Shown here: positions 9,901-17,767 of the stretch, one piece after another
Numbering within the stretch: the stretch's first letter is position 1
How the letters are laid out: every line of letters starts with the position of its first letter
From: Candidatus Scalindua sp.
Lineage (GTDB): Bacteria; Planctomycetota; Brocadiia; Brocadiales; Scalinduaceae
Reading direction: 5' to 3'
Assembly (NCBI GenBank): GCA_031316235.1
Contig: JALDRA010000001.1
Location: forward strand, 900,001 to 932,000
Length of the DNA: 32,000 bases
The notes under the pieces: generated by a model
The model's database searches: none
Told to the model about the DNA's origin: nothing
What the model saw: only the letters and a program-made list of their open reading frames with translations
Program-made: the position numbers and the translations under genes

Positions 9901-11319
9901 TTGACTTGTGTGGTGAAAAGAAAGATAGAGTCATCCGATAACTGGAGAGCTTTATTTTATGGTTTTTTAGACACCCGATTGGATAAGATTGAGGAAGAGT
10001 ACTCAATGGAAGATTTAGGAGAAATCTCAAAAGCTGTTTTCGAAGAGAGAGCGGAGATATTAGGACAACTGATTCTTGGGTTCATAGAGAGGAAATTTGG
10101 ACATTTATTGAATCAGCAAAGCTGCGATTGCCCCGAATGCGGCAAGGGTATGCAAAGACAAGGAAAACAATCCAAGACTATCCAAACCCTTGCCGGACAA
10201 TTTGAATTAACCAGGCCTTATTTTTATTGCAGAGCGTGTCGTTTAGGATACTATCCTTTAGACGAAGCCCTTGGATTGTCTGAATCATCGAAGCAATATG
10301 ATGTGCAAGATGTGGAAGCCTGGTTGTCAAGCGAAACGGCCTATGAGACGGCCAGCGAAACCTACGAGAGAATAACCGGAGTAAAGCTGAGTGAACATCA
10401 TATGCATGAGACCACGAATGCCATTGGTCAAGAAGTGGGAATTTTGGATGTCTGCCCGCCCAGGGAAGAGATTGATAAGCAGATAGAAAACCTCTCAGTG
10501 GATAAGTTTCGTCGTCCCATTATGATGCTTGCCCTGGATGGAGCCCACGGGCCGATGCGTCCCGAGCCAAGTCCTCACCCCCGTAAAGGGAAAAGAGGCA
10601 AGGGAGAATACAAAGAGATTAAAGGTTTTAGACTGTATCTCATCGATGGTCAAACTATTATTCATTTAATTAGCTGGCACCAGGTTTGTGCAGATCACGA
10701 ATTAGCAGAATACTTGGTTAAGATCAAAGAAGCCGGGCTTATTCCCCACGAGAAGATACGCCTGGGAATTATAGGAGACGGTGCTCCCTGGATCTGGAAC
10801 CGATGTAAAGAAATATTTCCCTCGGCAAAAGAGATTCTCGACTATTACCATTGCTCGGAGTATGTCCATGGTGTAGCCAATGCCCATTACGGAAAAGAGA
10901 CAAGAGAGTCTCTACAGTGGTGTGAGGCGACTCTGACAAGAATATATTATGGTTACCATGAAGAGGTGCTTGGCGGTCTTGGAAAGATGAAAGCCCGAAC
11001 TCAAGATATTCAAGATAAAATTGACAAGTTTTATACCTATCTCACAAATCATTGTGAAAAGATGGATTACAGTTCCGCCAAGCGTGGAGGATATCACATT
11101 GGCAGCGGTGCTATTGAAAGCGCCAATAAATTCATTAGCCATACAAGGCTTAAACGATCAGGAGCTTGGTGGTATATCCAAAACGCTAATAACATACTCA
11201 AGATCAGATGCGCGAAATATAACGGTACTTACGATAAAGTTATCGAAAAATACAAAAGGGACGACCAGGAAAGAATTAAAAATAAAAAATTTAAGAGAAG
11301 TCTTCGAATTGTTAAATAA
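9901..11319 (+). CDS. ISKra4-family DDE transposase
   Basis: 472 aa. Zinc-ribbon-like CDCPECGKGMQRQGKQSKTIQTLAGQFELTRPYFYCRACRLGYYPLDEALGL followed by LALDGAH...IGDGAPWIW...ILDYYHCSEY, as recalled for ISKra4-family transposases. The start codon is uncertain (TTG 9901 or ATG 10006). Confidence 0.75.
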   Translation: MTCVVKRKIESSDNWRALFYGFLDTRLDKIEEEYSMEDLGEISKAVFEERAEILGQLILGFIERKFGHLLNQQSCDCPECGKGMQRQGKQSKTIQTLAGQFELTRPYFYCRACRLGYYPLDEALGLSESSKQYDVQDVEAWLSSETAYETASETYERITGVKLSEHHMHETTNAIGQEVGILDVCPPREEIDKQIENLSVDKFRRPIMMLALDGAHGPMRPEPSPHPRKGKRGKGEYKEIKGFRLYLIDGQTIIHLISWHQVCADHELAEYLVKIKEAGLIPHEKIRLGIIGDGAPWIWNRCKEIFPSAKEILDYYHCSEYVHGVANAHYGKETRESLQWCEATLTRIYYGYHEEVLGGLGKMKARTQDIQDKIDKFYTYLTNHCEKMDYSSAKRGGYHIGSGAIESANKFISHTRLKRSGAWWYIQNANNILKIRCAKYNGTYDKVIEKYKRDDQERIKNKKFKRSLRIVK

Positions 11320-11384
11320 ATTTTACAATAAATTGGGAATGCACCCATTGTTATGTGCTACTTGATCCAAAATTCCTCGAAACG

Positions 11385-11906
11385 TCAGTCTCTCCCCATA
11401 TTAATGGGGGCGTGGGGATATAACGCTTCACGATTCTGAAACGATATAATATCTGGTTTTTGAATAACGCCGGCATCAATGTTTATAGCCTGTCGAATAG
11501 TCTCATTTTGTTGCCAGCTCTTATCGCCCGCTATCACTGTCGGCAAGTGGACAATCAGAGCAGCAGAGATAGACCGCGAGGCACTTTCCCATAGATAGCT
11601 TGGTGTATGATCCACAGCGTAGTAATCTACCTGTCCAATTTTAAACATAGGGTTTTTAAATGTAGTTGGTTTGGCAAGGATGACATTCCCAATATTGGCC
11701 AGTAGTTTGTGGCGTGTGGCAACGCCACCTGACTGATCCGACATTTCTGAATCGGTAATATCAAAAGGTGTTCCATAACCTTCCTCAAATATCAGCTGAC
11801 GACGAATTTGTTCGGGAATGCGTATTAGATGCTCCGGATGGATTGGAATACGTCGCTCATCCTCTTTTCTTGAAGTACCAAAGACTCCAAATTATAATTT
11901 ATTCAT
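11385..11906 (-). pseudogene. Alanine/saccharopine dehydrogenase-like oxidoreductase, decayed
   Basis: ATG at 11906-11904 is followed by TAA at codon 5 (MNKL*). It then reads in frame FGVFGTSRKEDERRIPIHPEHLIRIPEQIRRQLIFEEGYGTPFDITDSEMSDQSGGVATRHKLL. An N-terminal-type segment joins directly to a C-terminal-type segment (YAVDHTPSYLWESASRSIS...SFQNREALYPH), which implies an internal deletion. Confidence 0.4.
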
Positions 11907-12040
11907 ATTGTTTCCTTCTTTTTACGAATGCTGTTCTGAGAACCTGTTTATGGTTGTTTGTTTCTGTGTTTGATTCACAGCCCCCCTCACGGTAATTCAC
12001 ACTTCCAAAAGCACATAGTAATTGAAGAAATAGGGACAGC

Positions 12041-12166
12041 ATATAACGCCTGAGCTAAGCTAACCCGTGTGACGGAGAAAACTATGAATAAAAACAAAAT
12101 TAACAAAGAATCTTAAATTTTAAACCCGCACATGACAAAGGGGTTAGCTTGTGCGATTTGTTATAC
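12041..12166 (-). repeat. attC-like 126-bp imperfect inverted repeat, copy 1
   Basis: Minus strand: TATAAC-AAATCGCAC-AAGCTAACCCC...(AT-rich, about 70 nt)...GGGTTAGCTT-AGCTCAGGC-GTTATAT. The outer boxes pair (TATAAC/GTTATA) and the inner boxes pair over 10 bp. The 9-nt spacers between them do not pair. The DUF2442 stop codon is the TAA inside AAGCTAACC. Confidence 0.6.
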
Positions 12167-12410
12167 GTTGGGTTTCTACTTTTGCGTTTTTTTCATACAA
12201 TATTTCTGGATCAATATCCAAATGATTTGCCCATTCTATAGAATCAAACTTAACCGTTACCGTGTTAAACAGGGAAATATCTTTTAATTCTGTAAATTTA
12301 CCTATATCAAAATATGGTGATACATCAAAAATTCTTTCTTCATTATTTTCAAATTTAATCAAAAGTTTATATCCATCTAACGGCGTTACGTTTAATACCG
12401 ATAAATACAT
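12144..12410 (-). CDS. DUF2442 domain protein (partner of DUF4160)
   Basis: Starts MYLSVLNVTPLDGYKLLIKFENNEERIFDVSPYF at ATG 12410, preceded by GGAGGA 7 nt upstream. The DUF2442 assignment comes from the recalled V.P.....L...F.dG....D motif. The 22-codon extension in the ORF track is not supported. Confidence 0.75.
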   Translation of the reverse strand: MYLSVLNVTPLDGYKLLIKFENNEERIFDVSPYFDIGKFTELKDISLFNTVTVKFDSIEWANHLDIDPEILYEKNAKVETQRITNRTS

Positions 12411-12421
12411 TGATTTCCTCC

Positions 12422-12688
12422 TTATTTTAAAGGTTCTATTGAAAATGGAAGTTCGCCTTTTGACGCTAATTCCCAATCAGCTATGAGTTCTTCCTGATGG
12501 ATTTCGGCCTATGCCAAAACAAGTTTTGTTTGTTTTGGAGGCAACTTGCCTTCTGATATCTCACATGAACGAATATCGATTATAGCCTTATGATTCTGAT
12601 AATATGCGTGGAAGTGAGGAGGGTTATGTTCTCTGGGGGAACAATATATCCTGATAATAATTCCGTAAAACATCGAGATAGTTGGCAT
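12422..12688 (-). pseudogene. DUF4160 domain protein interrupted by an in-frame TAG
   Basis: MPTISMFYGIIIRIYCSPREHNPPHFHAYYQNHKAIIDIRSCEISEGKLPPKQTKLVLA-TAG-AEIHQEELIADWELASKGELPFSIEPLK*. The amber codon at 12509-12511 sits where family members have Trp (LV.eWA..H). Confidence 0.7.
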
Positions 12689-12808
12689 ATATGACTCAAT
12701 TGATTTAGTTGTGCTTACACGTCTATTATTGTGAGTATCGATTTGCATGCTAAAACAATATACGTATGTATTCAAGACAAAAATGATCAAATTTGGTCCA
12801 ACAAGAGG

Positions 12809-12904
12809 TTCTTTCAGAAATCGTAATAAGAATTCTCTCTTATGACATCTGTGTGTAATATGCCAAACATACTCTTGTATGTAATGCCTATTTGCACGCG
12901 CCAA
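12809..12904 (-). pseudogene. IS200/RAYT-like (Y1) transposase, N-terminal fragment
   Basis: ARANRHYIQEYVWHITHRCHKREFLLRF matches the recalled N-terminus of Y1 transposase-like proteins (RANR.Y.PGYVWHITHRCH.KEFLLKF). Homology is lost after about 32 codons. The ORF-track ORF 12509-12904 is a chimera of this fragment and DUF4160. Confidence 0.5.
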
Positions 12905-13070
12905 AATGCAAATTCCTTAAAACCATCTTTTTTACACCAAAAAGTAGTATTTAAGACAAAAAACATCCTTATTCTTGAAGCATAATCATTCTATACCAAG
13001 AACTTACCATGGTCAGACCCTATGCTCTCTTGAATACGGTGCTAACGAAACATGTTCAGTCCAGATCCAA

Positions 13071-14375
13071 TTATGAAGATGGCCCAGTACCCGGTGAAGC
13101 ATTTGTCACCGCGTAGCTTGCGGCATCTCGGACGACCGCCAGGTCTTCATCCAAATCAAGCGCTTTGCATGCGCGTTTCAGTGCCAGCTGCCCATGATAG
13201 ATAGCAGCATCCCTCATTTCAGAATGTCCAATCGATGTCAGAGTGCCCAGCGCCTTCTGTAGCCGCACTGCGACTTCGACCGTCCCCGCACCGTCACGGG
13301 AAATCGCTGTGAACGCGTCATCGAACATATCGCGGATCGAAATCTGAGGCACTTCTACGAGATTATACTTGCACGTTTTCGTGTCGTCTCCTTTCGACGG
13401 GTCATTCCACAGAGCAAAGAGTCGAAGCAGTACGCCGATAATATTGATCGCCGTACCGGGGTCATTTACAGCCGGTGACAGAGCACGACCGGCTATTTCC
13501 GATAGAACGACCAGACCAAAACGTGGGTCATCATCGAAAAGACGTTCGTTTCCAATCTGAAACGACTCGACAGCGCACGTGTAGTCAATTTCAGACCGGT
13601 TGCCTGATGAGCTGCTCACATACGCCAGTACCCGATCAGGTGCAGCAAACGTACCAGGCAATGCCGCTACCACCACCCGTGCGCTGGCTTCCTCGGCCCA
13701 CACTTGAATTGCGGCCATGTCGATATGCTGCACGTATCCAATATTCTTTGCAAATACTGGTTGCCCCCGTACCCGAGATTTATCCTCCGGCATACCATAT
13801 AGGCTTGGCGCAGCACGTCGTCGTTTCAGGGCTTCAACCGTTGCCTTTTCAACCTTGTCAATCGTCGATCCAAGGCGCCCAAGGCGGGCGATGCTGTCAA
13901 CCCAGCGCACAAACGTAAAGATTACCATCCCGAATACTATCGTCGTCAGGATAAAGAGGATGAACAGACCTGCCTTTTCAAAGTAGGCGTTTTTAACCGC
14001 CGTTAGAGCCACGATGCTGAAAATGAAAGCGCCAACGAAAGTCGAAAGCGCGTTCTGGGATACGTCGTCGGCAACGACCAAACCAAATGAACGCGGAGTA
14101 GCGGTGCTACTAGCTGAAGCATATGCCGACACCATCGACGCCACCGAAAAGGTGGCGATTACCAACATACTGGCCGCCATGACGGACAGCAACGTCTCGA
14201 TAGAGTCAAGTGCGATCACGGGCACGAACTGTGCTAGCGCGGTGTCATCAGCAAGTTTCGCCACGAAGGCCGCACCGACCGACAACAAGCAAACCGCCAA
14301 TGGTTTCACCCAAAGGCGCTTACGCAAACGATTGATGAGAAACCTGAGACGGTCTGCTGAAATGGTAGATTCCAT
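13071..14375 (-). CDS. DUF2254-like integral membrane protein (GC-rich, foreign composition)
   Basis: 434 aa. N-terminal RLRKRLWVKPLAVCLLSVGAAFVA followed by about 4 TM segments and a soluble C-terminal half. RBS AAGGGAGAA lies upstream of the ATG. Hand count is 39/60 G+C at 13081-13140, against 16/60 at 12901-12960. Confidence 0.7.
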   Translation of the reverse strand: MESTISADRLRFLINRLRKRLWVKPLAVCLLSVGAAFVAKLADDTALAQFVPVIALDSIETLLSVMAASMLVIATFSVASMVSAYASASSTATPRSFGLVVADDVSQNALSTFVGAFIFSIVALTAVKNAYFEKAGLFILFILTTIVFGMVIFTFVRWVDSIARLGRLGSTIDKVEKATVEALKRRRAAPSLYGMPEDKSRVRGQPVFAKNIGYVQHIDMAAIQVWAEEASARVVVAALPGTFAAPDRVLAYVSSSSGNRSEIDYTCAVESFQIGNERLFDDDPRFGLVVLSEIAGRALSPAVNDPGTAINIIGVLLRLFALWNDPSKGDDTKTCKYNLVEVPQISIRDMFDDAFTAISRDGAGTVEVAVRLQKALGTLTSIGHSEMRDAAIYHGQLALKRACKALDLDEDLAVVRDAASYAVTNASPGTGPSS

Positions 14376-14393
14376 AATGTTCTCCCTTGCACA

Positions 14394-14465
14394 GTCTAAC
14401 GGATTGCATCACCTGCCGGAATGAAGCGAAGCGGAATTCCGGTCAGTGTGCATGCTTTTGTTATT
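14394..14465 (-). other. 72-bp attC-like recombination-site candidate
   Basis: Minus strand: AATAAC-AAAA-GCATgCACaCTGaCCGGAAT-(13 nt loop)-ATTCCGGCAGGTGATGC-AATCC-GTTAGAC. The stems pair perfectly except for three single-base bulges (lower case). The 3' box GTTAGAC fits GTTRRRY. The site ends 18 nt before the DUF2254 ATG. Confidence 0.55.
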
Positions 14466-14593
14466 CGCCGTTCACACAAACGTTAATATTCGGCTTAGAC
14501 GTTGTAAGAACTTTCAGAATGAGTTTGATTGAGCTTTCTACTTGGCCTTGATAAACCAATGATTCCAGAACAGGCAGAAGTGATGGTCATCAG

Positions 14594-15214
14594 CTACGCT
14601 ACGCCAGATATCTGAATGAAATCGCTCTTAAGGTTGTAAAGTTTCTGCAATGTCCCGGACATTCCAAGCCTGAGAAGCTGCAACTCCTTGCGAAAGGCCA
14701 GGACTCTACTTTTCGCTTCATGGACCTTACCAGTACTGACCATGTCGAGTACCTGTGTAGCCTCTGTCTGTAGCTGCTCGGCGACATTTTCCATATACAT
14801 GAACATGTCAACATCGGCTTCGCTTAGCATATTGAATACCCAGCGTATCGAGTCGAGTTCTTCGCCCTTCAGGACTGCTGCAAACCACCGGTCGAGATAT
14901 TTATAGAAGATGTTCCCGATAATGTGGCAGTGCCCTCGTCCATCTTTGACTTCGTTGAGCAACCCTCCACCCTCAATCCTCAACAAGACCTCTGAACCCT
15001 TTTCCATCGCATCGCTGTCGATGCCAAGTTTCAGGAATTGAGTTATTGCTGTGTCCATAACCTGCCAGGTTTTACCGATCTCATCGAGGGCCTCCGCAAG
15101 TTTTAAAGCGGCCAAGTCCGGCTGCATCTTTAACTTTGCCACAAGTTTTCCGATGATACCTAATGCCTCATCAGCTTTTTTGATCGATTCAAGTGCTGCT
15201 GCTATTTCTAACAT
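14594..15214 (-). CDS. Hypothetical protein, predicted mostly alpha-helical, no recognised domain
   Basis: 206 aa ORF with an ATG start preceded by GGAGGT 8 nt upstream. Composition is intermediate between host and GC-rich neighbour. It is followed by the 72-bp attC-like site. Confidence 0.6.
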   Translation of the reverse strand: MLEIAAALESIKKADEALGIIGKLVAKLKMQPDLAALKLAEALDEIGKTWQVMDTAITQFLKLGIDSDAMEKGSEVLLRIEGGGLLNEVKDGRGHCHIIGNIFYKYLDRWFAAVLKGEELDSIRWVFNMLSEADVDMFMYMENVAEQLQTEATQVLDMVSTGKVHEAKSRVLAFRKELQLLRLGMSGTLQKLYNLKSDFIQISGVA

Positions 15215-15303
15215 TTTTTACCTCCAATTGAGTTAAACTGTGTTCATTTACCTTGAACCAATGCTGCAAGCTATTGGATCCGAAGTTTCGGGCGTAATAC
15301 TAA

Positions 15304-17371
15304 CCTGGATTTTCACGTAATTAATTAAACTAAGAAAGCAGAGCGAAATTCTATCTCAATGTCATTATAACAGGTAAATTTTTTAGCCAAGGCAATCTGA
15401 AAGGCATATTAATTAATCCAGACTGAAGTAAAATTGGATTATTGGCTCTTTTATTAAGTCTCACTTCTAAATTATTTTTCCCAATAACAATTTTAGCAGG
15501 TGTATCAATAAATTTTCTAAAAATTACATCCGGGTTACTTTGTTCATAACCTTTGAGTTTTTGGGCTAGTATATGATAAATGGCTTGAGCAACAAGGGTA
15601 AGCAGGACATCAAAGTCAATTCGAATAGCAACGGATGAAGACAAAGAGCCGTTATGAAAAAAACCTACACCTGTTGAGATTGAATTTTCTATAAGCATCC
15701 TCAGGGCATATCGTGAAATAAGGTCGGAACAGGAAACCTTCTTATCGTTTGTGATCAGGATTGTGGGAAGGTCATGCCCCAAATCTTTAATAAACATCTG
15801 TCTGATTTTTCCAGTATAACTACCAAGGGTGATTTCTTGATCAATCACTTTTGGAGTTCTGAATTTTCTCGCTACATTGCGAAGCTCTATTTTACGCCAA
15901 GCGGATAAAGAGGTATTAGCAACTTCCTGGAGGACTTTCGGTGTTCGTCGCCTCAGGGTAATAAATGTAATTCCCATCTGGTTGAGTTTTGAAAGGTTCT
16001 CATAGGTTGTCAGCTTTGAGTCAAATACCAGATGTGGAGGATTCTGACCGGTTTGTTTCTTCCAGAAGTCAATAAACCTCAAAATTTCATTCGCTTCTTC
16101 TCCTTTCCGCAGGGCGGAGTTGCTATAGCAGAAGATTTTTGATTTTGCATCCTGAGCAAAGAACACAAGTATTGCCTTTTGCCGTCGGCTCCTCATGGAA
16201 ACATAGTGTTTCTCTACAACATCATCTTCTCCGAAATATGGAAGTGATTGAAAATCAAGATTAATGGAATCTCCATCTAGGATGTTATTTCCCCTGAGTT
16301 TCTTGAGCCATAAATGCATAAACTTTAAATTATCGGCATGAGTAATTCTCTCGGAATATTCACAAATATAGGCAGTTTTTGGCAGGACGTTAAGCCCTAC
16401 ACCCAATGCAGCCCCTTCATCAAAAGCCAAATCCATAATATGGGTCTTGCGCTCTTTGGCAATGAGCTTTAATAACAAAGAGGAGAGAAATGCATTTTCA
16501 GCAGGAATCATTTTTGACCCATACCAGTCCATATTCTTAATAATCTTATGAACGTCCATTTCTGCCAATATTTTAAGTAGCAAAAATACACCCCCTATAC
16601 GCGTTTCTATAACTCGGGGTGTCAGAGCAAGTTGTCTTATATCTGCATATGCTGCCTGTTCCGGCCTTGGTCGAGTAAGCATTTCCTCTTCCCTTCTTCT
16701 TGGGAGCCTGGAAAAACCCTCCTCTTTCAAGATGCTCCAAATAGATACACCACTGAGTTGAATTCCTTCTTCTTTTAAGGTGATCTGGATGTCCTTTACG
16801 GAATAATTTTTTTTTCGAAGGTCAATAACACGATTTCTTGAGTGATCTTTCTTGGGGCCAAATTTAGGTCCTGGTTTAGTTTGGACAAAAAACTTTCTAT
16901 CAGGATCATTTCTGAATTTATGACACAGAACGTGTAAGGCCCCTGGTGAATAACCAAAACGCTTGGAAATAGTTACAACAGGGAGGTTTTGAACAAAATA
17001 TGCTCTTAGAGCTTCGTACTGTCGTTGTTTTGGAAGCTGTGGCTCTAAAAAGAATCTCGACTCGTCACTTAGGCAATTACTTAACTTATCTTGTAATTGT
17101 GTCTTGCTTGTTTTTGTTACCATGTTGATAGAATAGCTAAATATATAGTATTTTTAAGGTAAAGTATGAATCAGCTACAATTCTACCACCATTCTACTAA
17201 CTACACAACAACTATTTACTTTAACTATTTAGATAAGTAAGAAAGGTTGTAAGCTTGGTAGCAACAAAGACAGTCCTCAAGTAAAACAAAGGTTTTGAAC
17301 AATTTTAGATAGCTCAAATTCGAAAAATATGGTTAAATCCTTAGGTGAATTAGCTTACGTGGAAATCCAGG
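15304..17371 (-). mobile_element. Insertion sequence (2068 bp) with a single 590-aa transposase; family not assigned
   Basis: Terminal inverted repeats CCTGGATTTTCACGTAA (15304-15320) and TTACGTGGAAATCCAGG (17355-17371) match at 16/17, and weaker similarity extends to about 32 bp. It is flanked by the direct repeat CTAA (15300-15303 and 17372-17375). Confidence 0.75.
15351..17123 (-). CDS. Transposase with N-terminal HTH domains (DDE-type presumed)
   Basis: 590 aa filling the IS. The N-terminal region (QRQYEALRAYFVQNLPVVTISKRFGYSPGALHVLCHKF, then VIDLRKKNYSVKDIQITLKEEGIQLSGVSIWSILKEEGF) looks like tandem HTH DNA-binding modules. Confidence 0.75.
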   Translation of the reverse strand: MVTKTSKTQLQDKLSNCLSDESRFFLEPQLPKQRQYEALRAYFVQNLPVVTISKRFGYSPGALHVLCHKFRNDPDRKFFVQTKPGPKFGPKKDHSRNRVIDLRKKNYSVKDIQITLKEEGIQLSGVSIWSILKEEGFSRLPRRREEEMLTRPRPEQAAYADIRQLALTPRVIETRIGGVFLLLKILAEMDVHKIIKNMDWYGSKMIPAENAFLSSLLLKLIAKERKTHIMDLAFDEGAALGVGLNVLPKTAYICEYSERITHADNLKFMHLWLKKLRGNNILDGDSINLDFQSLPYFGEDDVVEKHYVSMRSRRQKAILVFFAQDAKSKIFCYSNSALRKGEEANEILRFIDFWKKQTGQNPPHLVFDSKLTTYENLSKLNQMGITFITLRRRTPKVLQEVANTSLSAWRKIELRNVARKFRTPKVIDQEITLGSYTGKIRQMFIKDLGHDLPTILITNDKKVSCSDLISRYALRMLIENSISTGVGFFHNGSLSSSVAIRIDFDVLLTLVAQAIYHILAQKLKGYEQSNPDVIFRKFIDTPAKIVIGKNNLEVRLNKRANNPILLQSGLINMPFRLPWLKNLPVIMTLR

Positions 17372-17410
17372 CTAATGATGTCTTCAACGATATGCACACA
17401 CAACTCACCG

Positions 17411-17534
17411 CATAACGGCGAGCTAAGCTAACCCGTTTAGCGAAAAAAATTTGTAAATACGAATAAAATTAACAAAGAGTTAAAAATTTGCAAACCGCAC
17501 GTAATAGAGGGGTTAGCTTCAGCGCCTCGTTTGG
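17411..17534 (-). repeat. attC-like 124-bp imperfect inverted repeat, copy 2
   Basis: Minus strand: CCAAAC-GAGGCGCTG-AAGCTAACCCC...GGGTTAGCTT-AGCTCGCC-GTTATG. It is collinear with copy 1 throughout, including the AT-rich centre (TTGTTAATTTT). It overlaps the brnA stop codon. Confidence 0.6.
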
Positions 17535-17767
17535 GGCTTTTCATGTTGTGTTGTGTAAAAATCAAGCAGCTTGCGGATCATCGCTTGATAAGATGTATGA
17601 TGCTTCCTGGCTTCTTTCTTAAAAAAATCAACACTAGACTTACTCAAAGACATGGTGACTTTTACATTTTCTTTCTTAAAGATCAAATCTTTTGGTGGCG
17701 GTAAAAAATCATCAATAACCTTTAATTTGCCAAGAGGCTCATCGGTGTACTTAATTTTGCTTTTCAT
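17519..17767 (-). CDS. brnA: BrnA antitoxin (CopG/RHH-like)
   Basis: MKSKIKYTDEPLGKLKVIDDFLPPPKDLIFKKENVKVTMSLSKSSVDFFKKEARKHHTSYQAMIRKLLD is the typical BrnA pattern. It overlaps the brnT 3' end by 17 nt. Confidence 0.8.
   Translation of the reverse strand: MKSKIKYTDEPLGKLKVIDDFLPPPKDLIFKKENVKVTMSLSKSSVDFFKKEARKHHTSYQAMIRKLLDFYTTQHEKPQTRR

Larger units (their letters stand above)
9137..11346 (+). mobile_element. ISKra4-like insertion sequence carrying a passenger DNA methyltransferase
   Basis: IRL GGGAGCATTCCCGATTTTTTGTAAAAT (from 9137) matches the reverse complement of the right end, GGGTGCATTCCCAATTTATTGTAAAAT (ending 11346), at 24/27 positions. It is flanked by a perfect 8-bp direct repeat ATTGTTAT (9129-9136 and 11347-11354). 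Confidence 0.8.

Noticed and set aside
12509-12904. 131-aa ORF in the track treated as one gene
   Set aside because: It is a chimera. Its first 32 or so codons are a Y1-transposase N-terminal fragment. Codons 73-131 are the start of DUF4160, and the sequence between has no homology. It is better described as two remnants.
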